From NCBI GenBank assembly GCA_965112735.1, contig OZ218954.1:372001-436000 (forward strand): 64,000 nt of DNA, given 5' to 3'. Both the position numbers and the translations under genes were made by a program. Shown piece by piece: positions 34,801 to 47,224 of the stretch (the first letter of the stretch is position 1; every line of letters begins with the position of its first letter). Source of the stretch: Phaeosaccion multiseriatum (Eukaryota > Protista > Ochrophyta, other classes). The notes below the pieces were generated by a model. It saw only the letters and a program-made list of their open reading frames with translations, had not been told where the DNA came from and made no database searches.

Positions 34801-35217
34801 TCTCATCACACAAGTGGTGAGCAAGACGGCCCTTGAAGTGTCAATAGGAAGGGGGCAAATGGGTATACTAAAACAACCACACACCACACACCGTCTCACC
34901 TTTGCCATGGTGAGTGACATGACGATGAGCAGGGGGCCCAGGGTGGAGTAGGGCGTGAGGGGCGACGTGAAGAGGGAGGTGTAGGTCCCGATGATCATAA
35001 GGATGGAGATGAAGAGGAAGTAGACATTGGCCGCCCTCCTGAACTGCTCCAGCAGCGAACGAGGAATGTAGGTCAAGAGGTTATACTTGCTCGTGGTGAT
35101 GGAGTTGTCGGCGAACCTCCGTTGCTCGTCCGAGAGCACTTGACCCTCCTCAGGGTCGCGCAGGATGGCGATGAGACGGTTGGGTGAGTCTTGCACCTTT
35201 GTAAAGAAGCTGCCCAT
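19852..35217 (-). CDS. P4-type ATPase (phospholipid flippase), many exons
   Basis: [57 protein letters not shown] (phosphorylation site, ~30840-30870), [55 protein letters not shown]. The 3' end is approximate. Confidence 0.95.
21821..22198. mobile_element. Possible non-autonomous foldback/MITE-like insertion in a P4-ATPase intron
   Basis: Imperfect terminal inverted repeats GAGTGAGACTTGAGGCCTTCATGAAC / GTTCATTCGGGGCTCAGGTCTCACTC (21/26 match). Five 33-34 bp subterminal repeats at 21885-22050 and inverted TTTGAACC-type motifs at 22101-22133. No clear TSD. Confidence 0.4.
26842..27285. repeat. Intronic 24-bp minisatellite (GTAGAGGTGTATGGGCAGGGCACG)n
   Basis: Direct tandem copies with few substitutions. 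Confidence 0.9.
29280..29716. repeat. Intronic purine-rich ~45-bp minisatellite
   Basis: Repeated GGAGGGAAAAGGAAGAGGGAGACGAAAGGGGCGGAGGGAGA units. Confidence 0.85.
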
Positions 35218-35558
35218 GGTGGAACGAATTGGGTTACCCTCTCAAACGCTTCCCTTCTGTTTGCCGCCTCTGCTGCCTGCTGCCCCAGCCCCTCTTCCTC
35301 CCCGCCCCCCCCGCTTGCTGTCAAGCCGGGAGTTCTCAGCCCACCACGGCGCTGTTGCCGGGCCTACCTGGGCTTGCTAATGTTCTATTTTCATCTTCCC
35401 GTTCGCAATCGACATCGACATCCAGTGCCATCGGAAGGTCCTGACACCTGTGACTGTTGACTTATGTGAATTTGGTTCTAGAATGTTTTTGCAATTAGAA
35501 CAAACAACACAAAAATTGTATTGCATCACAAGTATCATCACAAAAGGCAGAGCAAACC

Positions 35559-36827
35559 ATGGCAAAGAAGGACTACTACGAGGTGCTGGGCATCAAAAAG
35601 GGGGCCGACGAGGCTGCCATCAAGAAGGCGTATCGGAAGATGGCCTTGAAATGGCACCCCGACAAGAATGTGGACAACAAGGAGGAGGCCGTGAAGAAGT
35701 TCCAGGTAGGTAGGAGAGTGGGAGGGGGGGGGGGGAGACCACAGGAGTAGAGGTTAGGAGCGAGAGAGGGAGAAGGAGAGAGGTAGACGGAGGGAGGGAG
35801 GGGAAAGGAGAGAGGGATGTTGAAGAAGGGCACCTTTAGAAAGGACAGGGCGGGACAGGAGCGATCAGCGGATGTGTTCCTTCTCCTTCCTGGCCTCCTC
35901 CTGCTAGAGTTTGGATCGAATAGTGAATAGTCTGTCCGTCCCGTGAGGGTCGATCATAGGTAGCCTGACTTTTCCCCCCTCCATTGCTGCTCTCTCTCCC
36001 TCTCCCGCTCTCCTTCACCCCTTGCCTTCTCCTTCCCCTCGTACCGCCTACGAAACTAAACGAATAGGAAATCGGAGAGGCCTTTGGTGTGCTTAGTGAC
36101 CCGCAAAAGAAGAAGATGTACGACCAATTCGGTCATCTGGATGGCGCTCCGAGTCCCTCAGACATGCCCGGAGGAGGAGGAGGAGGAGGAGGAGGAGGAG
36201 CAGGGATGCCAGATATGAGCTCTTTCTTCTCATCCATGGGAGGAAGAGGAGGAGGAGGTGGACCAGGAATGTCGCAGTCAGCAGGTATGGGACAAGGTTT
36301 TGATCCCAATGACATCTTCGAGCATTTCTTCGGCACACGAAACGTCAACGAAGTCAATGGAGGGGGAGGGGGAGGCATCCCGGGGATGCAGACCATGTTC
36401 AGCAGCAGCGGTGGTGGTGGTGGTGGTATGGGTGGTTCGCCATTTGGCAACATGATGTTTCAGCAGCAACAAAAGTCGTCTTCGCCGCCACCGGAGGCCA
36501 AAACCGTCGAATCTCCTCTGAAGGTGAGAGTGATGGGTGGGTGGGTGCGTGGGTGAGTGAGTACGGAGGGAAGCAGCAGCACGGAGCAAGGAAACCAGCG
36601 AACGGTGTATGGGGTGATTATGTCTTATTCTCATCTACTGTCGCTCGCCTGCCCCATCCACTGCCATCCGCAGGTGACTCTCGAAGAGCTCTACACCGGC
36701 ACCACCAAGGTATGTAACGTTAACATAATACTTACGTAGTACTTACGTAGTAGGAAGGAAGGGGATTGGCCCCACATACGCCTTGGGTATAGGCCTAGGT
36801 CAAATGTGGACGGAAAGTTCTCCTGGA

Positions 36828-36881
<54 letters not shown>

Positions 36882-38583
36882 GAGAGAAGACTCAAGTCCC
36901 TCCCTCCCCTCCTCTCTCCCCTCCCCTCCCTCCCTCCCTCCCTCAGCGAATGCGCATCACCAAGAAAGTTCTCCGGGGCGGTACTGTGGCTGTAGACAAG
37001 AGCATCACGGTCAAGCCTGGGTGGAAGGATGGCACCAAAATAACCTTTAGTAGGGAAGGAGATGAGGTGAGACTGTAACTGTTGAGTGATTGAGTATGGG
37101 CTGTGATTGCTTGCTTCTTTGATTGATTGGTTGATTGATTGGTTGGTTGGTTGGTGGTTGGTTGGTGGACTAGAAGGGGGGGTAATGATTGATGTGATTG
37201 ATGTGATTGATTGATTGATTGATGGACTTCGGGCTGCTATTGATTCTTTTCTCCTACTTGGATCGATTTTGTTGTCGTTTTCCAACTGACCCCGAAACTG
37301 TGCCACCTGGAAACAACACTGAAACTGTGAAAACAGATAGCCCCAGGCGTGCCTCCGGGGGACATTACGTTTGTGATAGAGACCAAGCCCCATACACGAT
37401 TTACAAGGGAGGGGGCGGACCTCATTTACACAGTCAAACTCACACTCAAGCAGGTGGGTGGGTGGTGTCAGGATGATGGGTCAGGACAGGGGGTGGATGG
37501 CAGCGGATGGCAGTGAGTGGATAGGTGTCAGGATAGGGGGGGGTGATGGGTGGGTGCTTGAGTGTGTGAGTGTTTGTGCACGCGTGTCGTGTCGTGTCGT
37601 GTCGTTCTCTCCTCTCTCCTCCCTCCTCTCACTCTCTCACTCTCTCACTCTCTCACTTTCTCACTCTCTCACTCTCTCACTCTCTCACTCTCTCACTCTC
37701 TCACTCTCTCACTCTCTCACTCTCTCACTTTCTCACTCTCTCACTTTCTCACTTTCTCACTCTCTCACTCTCTCACTCTCTCACTCTCTCACTTTCTCAC
37801 TCTCTCACTTTCTCACTCTCTCGCCCTCACCCTGCCTCCCCCTTCCTCACCCCTCCCTTCCTCATCCCTCCCTTCCTCACCCCTCCCTTCCTTCCTTCCT
37901 TCCTTCCTTCCTTCCTTCCTCCTTCCCTCCCTCCCTCCCTCCCTCCCTCCCTCCCTCCCTCCCTCCCTCCCTCCCTCCCTCCCTCCCTCCCTCCCTCCCT
38001 CCCTCCCTCCCACCCTCCCTCCCTCCCTCCCTCCCTCCCTCCCGCCCTGTCCATTCCCCACACAGGCGCTGACGGGTTTCCAATGCGAGGTGCAAAACCT
38101 TGCTGGCAAGGTGTGCGCCTTCTCGGAGCGCTCAATTCCTTCCAGTGGTTGGGAGACAAGGATAGTCGGGGAAGGCATGCCAAGGTACGACATTAACGGA
38201 GGGTTAACATGGGTGAACGGAAGGTTCATGAGGTTGTTGAAATGGAGCGTTCACGCGAGACAAGGATAATCGAGGTGCAACTACGTCAACGAAACAAGGA
38301 CAGAGATAGGAAGACAGACAGTTTCCCTCCCCTCTTTCTCTCTACTCTCCCTCCTCACTGTTTGTATGTGATGCTTACTGGTGCTTGCTCTCTCTGTCTC
38401 TCCCTCCCTCCCTCCCTCCCTACCTACCTACGTCTTCCAATCATCAATACCCCAATCATCATCGCCAGTCACAAGGACTTCAAACAGAAGGGTGACATTG
38501 TGGTGCGTTACATTATCAACCTTCCCAAAGTCCCCACAAGCAACAAGAGGAAGCTCGACGCTCTGGAGCAGGTGGTGTCGTAA
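35559..38583 (+). CDS. Type II (class B) DnaJ/Hsp40 co-chaperone
   Basis: [11 protein letters not shown]...WHPDKN J-domain, G/F- and G/M-rich linker, [46 protein letters not shown]; GT-AG introns. Confidence 0.95.
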
Positions 38584-39600
38584 GTCAACGAGACCGCAGG
38601 GCAAGTGAGCCGAGCTGTCCATGCATGGAGTGCCATCTGTCGCTATAAGAAAGGGAAGGCACTCTTATTGTGTGTGGCTCTCCGGCGGCGCCCCCCCTCC
38701 TCTGTCTCGCCTGAACAGAGACAGAGTGCTACTTGGTGTCAGGTCAACAAGTCCGGCCTTGTGTGGAGAGAGCGGTGCACACTCGGTACTCGGTGTCAGG
38801 CTGAAGTGATGCAAGTAGAAAGACTGTGTGAGAGAGTGGATCCACAGCCATCGAAGGAAGGTCTCGATGGTTCTGTGGTTTATGCGGAAGCGGGTGAGGC
38901 GGAGCACTTCTCTTCCTTCCATCCCTACCCTTGGGCGTTCCATCACACTGCTGGGGACGAAAGAAAGGCATTGACATTCTTCTCACAAGCCTTCATGCCT
39001 TCATTTCCTGCTTTGCTTGTGTACTGTTGGGCCTCTCACTCGGCTTAGGATGCAACAGCCCCTTGTAAATAGAAGCTGTTAGATAATTTTTGATTAATTA
39101 ATTAAAAAATGAATGAAGAAAGTGGCCCACACAAACCATCCAACCTGCTTTCCCCTTCACCCGTTGGGTAAGAATCGGATTTATGCTACCCCGATGCTTC
39201 ATCCATTGGTCGGCCACGGCCGAACGGTCGATTCCTGACGTCCTGCCAACCGATTCTCGGTAGCATGCTACTGGCGACCGGCCGGTAGCAGGTAGCACGC
39301 CTGCTGACGTCGATATCTGCCGCTGATTTCCTTTGACTTACAGTAGCTAGAGGAATCAGCCTAAGGACCTGTGCTGGAAGCGCACACGTGCGAGGAGGGA
39401 AGCCCCTCCTGTTTGCTGAGCGCTTGAGGGAAATTCATTCATTGACTTCAGAAGGAATCACGTAAGAAGGAAGTGGGGGTGGGACGAGAGCGAAAGTAGG
39501 GTGTGAGTGATGGGACACCCAACTCAACTTTTTCAATTACAAGAAAGAGGTGGATTGAAAGAAAGAATAGCGGAGCCAAAGCAAGCCAGAATTCCACCCC

Positions 39601-40905
39601 TTACTGCCCTCCTCCACCACCGACCCGCATCACCACCCTCCCCGGGTTTTGTTCGTCTTCCCATACTTCGACGCCCGGCCTCTCCTGCAAGTAGGCCAGC
39701 ACCGCGGGCTTGAGAACGCTGATACCGTCCTCACTGCCTCGGCCTCGGCCTGTGATGACCTTGATCTCAGCCCCCGCCTTCGCCTCTGAGAGCACGTGAC
39801 GAAGGGCTGCCTTGCTCATTGCCCTGGTGAAGTCGTGCAAGTCCACCTCCTGCCCCCCTTTCTTCCAGTGATTCAAGACCCCTTGCGATACGGCCTTTGC
39901 GTACAGCTCGCCAGCAGCGTCCTCGTCGCCACCCTCCTGCAGAGCATCAATGGTGGCGCCGTAGCTGATTTCATCTGGAGCGAGTCCTGCTGCCTTCATC
40001 TCCCGCAGTAAACCCAGTGCCTCCACATGTTGGCTGGCCCTGGCGCATGCATTAATAGTGGCGTTGTAGCTCATTTGATTGGGAGCGAGTCCTTCTGCCT
40101 TCATCTCCCTCAGTAAACCCATTGCCTGCACATGTTGGCTGGCCCTGGCGCATGCATTAATGGTGGCGCTGTAGGTGATTTCATCCGGAGCGAGTCCTGC
40201 TGCCTTCATCTCCCTCAGTAAAACCATTGCCTCCACACGTTCGCTGGCCCTGGCGCATGCATTAATGGTAGCGTTGTAGCTGATTTGATTGGGAGCGAGT
40301 CCTTCTGCCTTCATCTCCCTCAGTAAAACCAATGCCGCCACATGTTGGCTGGCCCTGGCGCATGCATTAATGGTGGCGCCGTAGCTGATTTGATTGGGAG
40401 CGAGTCCTGCTGCCTTCATCTCCCTCAGTAAACCCATTGCCTCCACATGTTGGCTGGCCCTGGCGCAAGCATTAATGGTGGCGTTGTAGCTGATTTGATT
40501 GGGAGCGAGTCCTTCTGCCTTCATCTCCCTCAGTAAAACCAATGCCGCCACATGTTGGCTGGCCCTGGCGCATGCATTAATGGTGGCGCCGTAGCTGATT
40601 TGATTGGGAGCGAGTCCTGCTGCCTTCATCTCCCTCAGTAAACCCATTGCCTCCACATGTTGGCTGGCCCTGGCGCATGCATTAATGGTGGCGTTGTAGC
40701 TGATTTGATTGGGAGCGAGTCCTGCTGCCTTCATCTCTACCAAGAGAGCCAAGGCGCCTTTCCACCGCCCGCAATTCCCAATCGCTGTAATAGCAGCATT
40801 CATGCAGTACATGTCGGGCTTGAGGCCCTCATGCCGTGCGCGCTCCAGAGTAGGTGCCACCCTTTTCCAATCCCTGCTCCTCCCCAGATCTTGAATCTCC
40901 CTCAT
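39601..40905 (-). CDS. PPR protein with C-terminal SMR (MutS2-type) domain
   Basis: About nine 35-aa repeats (QISYNATINACARASQHVEAMGLLREMKAAGLAPN), then DLHD...VITGRG...LKPAV...NPG. The true N-terminus may extend to ATG ~41117. Confidence 0.92.
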   Translation of the reverse strand: MREIQDLGRSRDWKRVAPTLERARHEGLKPDMYCMNAAITAIGNCGRWKGALALLVEMKAAGLAPNQISYNATINACARASQHVEAMGLLREMKAAGLAPNQISYGATINACARASQHVAALVLLREMKAEGLAPNQISYNATINACARASQHVEAMGLLREMKAAGLAPNQISYGATINACARASQHVAALVLLREMKAEGLAPNQISYNATINACARASERVEAMVLLREMKAAGLAPDEITYSATINACARASQHVQAMGLLREMKAEGLAPNQMSYNATINACARASQHVEALGLLREMKAAGLAPDEISYGATIDALQEGGDEDAAGELYAKAVSQGVLNHWKKGGQEVDLHDFTRAMSKAALRHVLSEAKAGAEIKVITGRGRGSEDGISVLKPAVLAYLQERPGVEVWEDEQNPGRVVMRVGGGGGQ

Positions 40906-41279
40906 GAGCCGTATCTGCCTCGACTTCTCATCTCCCCCAGTAGAGGAGGAGAACCATTGCTGCGGCAGCTGCTTCAGGATCGCTTCAGCTGATGGAGAGC
41001 TGAGTCGGAACGCCGCTCAGCACCTGTGCCTCCTACTGTTGCAGGTCCTCTTCTATTCCTGCCAATGTAAGAGGAGTAGTAGACTCTAGCCACACCCCTC
41101 AACGACATTGCTCTCATGGTAGTGGCAAAAAGGGGGGGGGGAAGGAAAAAAAATTCATGGCGAATACCCATCCAACTGTGACTCGAAGAACCAACTCCCC
41201 CCTCCCCCCCCCCACCCATTCTCTCATCTTCTATACATTTTCATTCTCTCTTCTCTTCTCTTGTGAGGAGCCACGCACC

Positions 41280-43329
41280 ATGGCGAAGGATGGAGTAGGC
41301 GAAGAAGCGGTAAAGCGCCTACTGGACCAGTTCGACTTCCTGTCCATGGTGCCAGGCCGCAGCAACAAGATACGCTGTGCAGGTGGGGTGGAGAGGAGGA
41401 GAAGGACGGATGGAAGGCGTGGGGGAGGGACTGAGGATAGGGGAAGCGAGGAGAAGGAGGGATGGAAGGAGTGGACTGAGGGAGGGGAAGAGATGGGTGG
41501 AGAGGAGGAGAAGGGGGGGTTGGGCAATGAACTCCCCTCCTTCGTGTGAGGGACTGAGGGGGCGGGAAAGGAGGAGAAGGATGAGAAGGAGGGGAGGAAA
41601 GAGAGGGGAAGAGAAGGAGGGAAAGGAGGAAAGGGGTGGAGGAAGCGCAGATCCCATGGAGACCGGGTCGTGTGCCCGCCGTGGATGATGCGATGACCAA
41701 CCATGCGGGGGGGGGTTCTTTACCTCTGACATACCTTCACTTCCTGCCACTGCTTCTCCCTTCTCTCTCGCCCTCCTACCTCTCGTACTTGCATACATGC
41801 ACTACCATGCACTACCATCCACTACCATCCACTACCATCTACTTCACCCAACTACTGGGCAGTGACGAGTCACGATATGCCTGCTTCTGCGGCAGTGGTG
41901 GAGCAGCACCTGCAGTCCAAGAAGTTCAAGCGGGCCAAGGAAAGGTGAGAGACACAGAGAGAGAGGGGGGGGTGGGCGGGGGGGGTCGATCAGAGCACAT
42001 AAGTAGTGGTAGCAGCAGCAGCAACAGCAGCAGCGATCTGCGGCATGTTCACTCCCCCCCCCCCAGGCTCGGTCTTTCACTCTCTCACTCACTCACTCAC
42101 TCACTCACTCACTCACTCACTCACGCACTCACTCTCTCACTCTCTTACTCACTCACTCACTCACTCAACTCACTCGCTCACTCACTCACTCAACTCACTC
42201 GCTCACTCACTCACTCACTCTCTCACTCACTCACTCACTCACTCACTCACTCACTCACTCACTCACTAACTCACTCACTCACTCACTCACTCACTCACCT
42301 CACTCACTCACTCACTCACTCACTCCCTCACCCCCTCACTCCCTCACTCACTCACTCACCCGCTCCCTCACTCACTCACCCACTCACTCACCCACCCGTC
42401 TATCCATCCATCCATCCATCCATCCACTGCCATCCCACAGCTATAAATTCGACTTTACGCAATTCGAGCCCTACGTTACGCCCAACAAGAAGGATCCGAA
42501 GCTCCTCTATTGCCATTTGACCAAAAAGAGTCTCCATAGGGTGCCATCGGAGGTCCAGAGTCACATCTCGGGTCGGAAATACAAGTTACGTAAGGCGGAA
42601 AGGGAGACGGCGGAGGCTCGAAGTCGCGCAGACAAGGCAGCAGCAGCAGCAGCTGCCGCCGCAGGAGGAGGAGGAGGAGGGGAGGACGAGAAGGAAGAGG
42701 GAGGAGAGGGGGAGGAGGAAGAGGAGGTGTTCTGGAAGCCTGAAGAGGGGTTGTATAGCGACGCAGAGGGGGGCGGTACCGAGGAGGAGGAGGAGGAAGA
42801 GGAGGAGGAGGAGGAGGAGGAGGAGGGGATGGCAGTGGACGGCGAGGATGGGGAGGGTACTTTCTGGGTGGGAGGACGAGAGCCTCCTGTGGGTAAAAGG
42901 AAGGAGGTTGGAGAGGGAGAGGGGATGGCAGTGAATGGCGAGGATGGGGGGGGAATCGGTACCGGCAAGAGGCAACAGAAGGGCGGTGCAAAGGGAGCGA
43001 AGGGGACCAAAGGGAAGAAGGTACGAGGAGGCGGGGAGGAGGGGGAGGAGAAGGGGAAGGGGAAGAGAAAGAAGGAGAAGAAGAGAGGGGAGTCGAGGAA
43101 ACCGGGCTGGGGTGTGCGGGTAGTTGGCGTGGGCAGCGCGGAAGGGGGTAAGGCGACGACAAGCAAGGCGGCCAGCAAAAGCAGGGGCAACAAGAAAGGA
43201 GGGGAAGGAGGAGGAGCGACTACGGCTGCTGCTGGTACTGCCACTTCGTCGTCGTCGTCCCAGAAGAGAAGAGCAGCGGTTGGTGATATAGCAGCAAAAG
43301 CCGGTACCAAAAAGAAGAGGAAGACGTGA
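41280..43329 (+). CDS. SURF2: Surfeit locus protein 2-like
   Basis: Spliced KIRCAVTSHDMP...HLQSKKF...DFTQFEPYV...LYCHLTKKSLHRVPSEVQSHISGRKY, followed by an acidic/basic tail. Confidence 0.8.
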
Positions 43330-43852
43330 GAGTACTTCGGCCTCAGTTGTGACGATTGGAACTCATGCACTTGGGAGCAGTCATTCACATGAATTCATCT
43401 CAAATCTTTAGATAAACATGATTTCAATCCCCTCTCTCTCTCTGCCCCCCCCCCCCCCCCCCCCCCACACACTCCCTCTCTTACCTCACGTCAAAACCAA
43501 CCTGCCCCCCTCTTGCCCGCCACTAAAATCGGCCTCGACCCACCCACCATCCACTGCCATCCACTGCCATCCCCCTTCCCAGAGGCAACGCGCACCAGCC
43601 ATCCAGTGCCATCCCCCACTCCTCTCTCATCTCTCTCTTTATATAGGACGGTTCCTTGGCCCCCAGACTGACTGCTGTTGCATCACCAGCTGCTGTATCA
43701 CCAACTGCTGCTGCTGCTGCTAGGCCGTTATCTGTTATCCCCATCCCATCATCACCCACCCTGCTCAGCTCTGCTCTGCCCATATGCCTCTGTTCTGCTC
43801 CGTATCTGCTCTGCCCATATACGCCTCTCCTCAAAGCGTTACAGTAACAGCT

Positions 43853-46793
43853 TCAGCTCTTCGATCTACTCCTCGACGCCGACTCTTTTCGAGCAACCTT
43901 CTTCTCACCCCCTTCCCCACCCGAACCCACAGCTCCTCCTCCTCCTCCTCCTCCTCCTCCTCCTCCTCCTCCTCCTCTAGAGCTACCGCTTCGGCTCCTG
44001 CTCCTGCTCCTGCTGCCGCTCCCACTTGCGCTCCCACTCCTGCTGCTCCTGCTCCTGCTCCTGCTCCTTCTCCGTCGTGATGGGGGCGAACGAGAGCGCC
44101 CTCCTCCACCCCGTCGCGGCGACCCTCCCCTCCCTCTACCCCCCCGGGGTGGTGGGCTATCCATAGCACGGGAAGCGTACCCCCCACCCCCACCCCCCCC
44201 AACCCCCCTCCTTCCTCCTCCTCCTCGGTCTCCTCCTCCGCCCCCTCCGTATCTCCGCTCCAGAGAGCGGTCTCTTGCTCCTGCAAAACCTCCTCGATGG
44301 CCGTTATTGTTATTCGTACCCCGATCCCGATAGTCTCGATCCCAATCTCTGCCTCCGCCTCCTCCTCCTCCTCCTCTCTCCGAGCGGAATCCCCCACCCC
44401 TCCCTCTGTCTCTCTCTCTGCTGTCACGGCCTCCGCCCCCACCCCCACCCCCAAACCCTCCGTTCCTGGTGTTGTTTCGGTCATCTCTTCCTCCCCCACG
44501 CGCCAAGGCTCCTCCTCCTCCTCCTCCTCCTCGTCCTCCTCCCTCCATGCCTGGCTTAGGGCCCCTACCCCTCCTGTTGACAAGCACAAACGCAACCTGG
44601 GGGAGGTGGATGCAAGGGAAGTGTGTTGGAGTGTTGGAGTGTGAGTGTGCACTCCTGTGCCTCTTTTCCTCTCCCCTCTCTGCTCTCTTTCTCACTTCTC
44701 TCTCTCCTCCCTCTCTCTTCCTCCGTCCCTTTCTCTCTCTCTGCTCTCTTTCTCACTTCTCTCTCTCTCTCTCCTCTCTCTCTCTCTGTTCCTCCGTCCC
44801 TTTCTCTCTCTCTCTGCTCTCTTTCTCACTCCGTCCCTCTCTCTCTCTCTCCTCCCTCTGTTCCTCCGTCCCTTTCTCTCTCTCTGCTCTCTTTCTCACT
44901 CCGCCCCTCTCTCTCTCTCTCCTCCCTCTCTCTTCCTCCGTCCCTTTCTCCCTCCCTCCCTCCCTCCCTCCCTCTCTCTCTCTAACCCTTCTACCTGTCT
45001 CTCTCTCTCTCTCACCTTCACATGTTGGCCATCCAGCTGCCCTCCATCCATGTATAGCTGAGCCTGCTCCGCATCTTCGCGCCCGGAGAATTCCACAAAT
45101 GCAAAGCCCTTTTGACATTCGTACCGGAGGAAGGGAGGGAGGGAGGGAGAGAGATGGAGGGAGAGGGAAAAGAGGGGGGGAGGGACAGAGAGGGGAAGGG
45201 AGAGAAACAGAGTGTGAGTTTACATTCGACGGACGCCACAGTACGTCGAGACAAAGCAAAGTAGCGGAGGAAGGGAGCGAGGGACAAGGGTAATAGAAGG
45301 CAACCCTATATATATTATATATATACCGTAGGGCCTCCCTTCGATCCCTCTCCCTCCCTCTCTTCCCTCCCTCTCTCCCTCCCTCCCTCTCTCCCTCTCT
45401 CCCTCCCATCAACCCTCCGTCCACACACGCACCTTGGAGAGCCCCACCCGTTGGTCCTCCGCGAGATCGACATTGGCGACGTCTCCGTAATTGTTGAAGA
45501 TCTCTCGCAGATGCTCTGAGGTGACGTTTCGAGTCAAGTTACTGACGTGCAGCCTTGCGGGGGGAGGAGGGGTGGGGCTCCTGCTCCTGCTCCTGCTCCG
45601 GCGGCGGGGGGCGTCCTGACACCAAAACAGAGCAGAGTAGAGCAGTTGAGGAGAGAGGTGGAGGTAGACGGGAGGGGAGGGGAGAGGAAGGGAGAGAGAG
45701 GGGACTAAAAGTGTTAAGAACAAGGCACACTGGGGGGTGAGCAGCGAGCAGTCCTACAAAGTGCTGGCTTGTATTACCAACGGCAGCAGCAGCAGCAGCA
45801 GTTGGTGATACAGCAGTTGGCAACACAGCACAGCACAGCAACGGTGTTGGGGTGTAGCGCTGTTGTACGCCAAGGGTCGTACAATATGAAATCCGCCAAG
45901 TGCCGTATACTCCACTCCACTCAACTCCCTCGCCCTCTCTTTTGACTCGTTCTCTCCCACTCGTCATCTCTCTCCCTCTCCTCTCTATCTCCTCTTTTCT
46001 CTTTTCTCTTTCTGTCTCTCTCTCCCCAGCCACTCACCCTTGCACCCGCAGCTCTCACCCCGTCTGACGCCCTGCGATGGTCGCGACCAGGCCGCCGCCC
46101 TCTTCCCTTGGAGCGTGATCGAGACCGAGAGCTGCTGTTTGCATTGGTGGGACAAGAGAGAGAGGCGGAGGAGGATGAGGAGGAGGAAGGGAAGACAAAG
46201 GTAGTCGAAATCAATCCTGTTCCTTCCGATACGTCGGTTTGCTGATACGTCTGTCTCTGTCAGCAGCAGCGGTGGTGCTCAAGTGTTCACGACAGGAGGA
46301 TAGTCCACATTGAGTAAGATGAGGAAGGCAGCAAGATGCACAGCCTTGTGTAGTGAGGCTTTAGCAACGCTGGCTGGAGGATGATGAGGAGGGGCCAAAC
46401 AGCAGCTGCAGCTCCCTTCGAGGCTTCAGAATGGAGCCCGATAGTATAGACACGCATGATATCACTACCTCCTCCGTATATTCCAGGCTTCGCTTCCTAC
46501 CTGTAGCTGCTGCCGCTCCTGCTGGAGCTCGCACTTCGCGACCGCCTCCTCCCCCGCCCCCCGGCTCCCCCTCCTCCTGCGCCACCCCCACCCCCCCCTC
46601 CTTTGCTGACAGGGCTCCGGCTCCTGCTCCTGCTGCTTCCGCTGCTCCTGCTGCTGCTGCGGGACCCCCTGCTCCTGCTCCTGCTCCCTCCACCCTTGCC
46701 ACCCTTGCCCGCGCCCTTGGCGGCCGGTGACCGAGAGCGAGACCGAGAGTAGGATCGCGACCCAGAGGCAGAGCGGGAGGGCGACCTAGCCAT
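43853..46793 (-). CDS. RNPS1: RNPS1/SR45-like RS-RRM splicing factor
   Basis: N-terminal RS domain; RRM LHVSNLTRNVTSEHLREIF...|GFAFVEF...AQLYMDGGQLDG; C-terminal RGG/RS tail. Confidence 0.85.
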
Positions 46794-47224
46794 TCTTCCC
46801 CTCGTCCTCCTCCTGCTCCTCCTTCTCCTCCTGCTGCTGCTTCTTCTTTCTTTTTGCGCTTGCTTGCTTACTTCTTCGACCTGGAATCTGGAGTAGATCA
46901 GGAGGGACGACCCACCGGGGGCTTTATGTGAGTTTCGTTTTGCTGTGTATGCCATCTGCTGCCATCGCATTGGCACGCGCCGCCTTCGGAAATGGGCGCG
47001 CTTTCCGGCAACGTCTGCCTTCCATCCGAGCCACGCTCTTATTACAGCGGTAGCCCTGGGGCGAGCTTACACGAAGGAAGCACAGACGCACAAACATCAA
47101 TCCTCTCACCACATTTTTTCTACAGCTTGCTGCTGCACTGGCCGGATAGTACTGTCACAAAGAAAGAGGAAGGAGTTGAAGAAAGGGAACCGTTAGCGTG
47201 ACGGTAGGCACGCTTGACAGAGAA

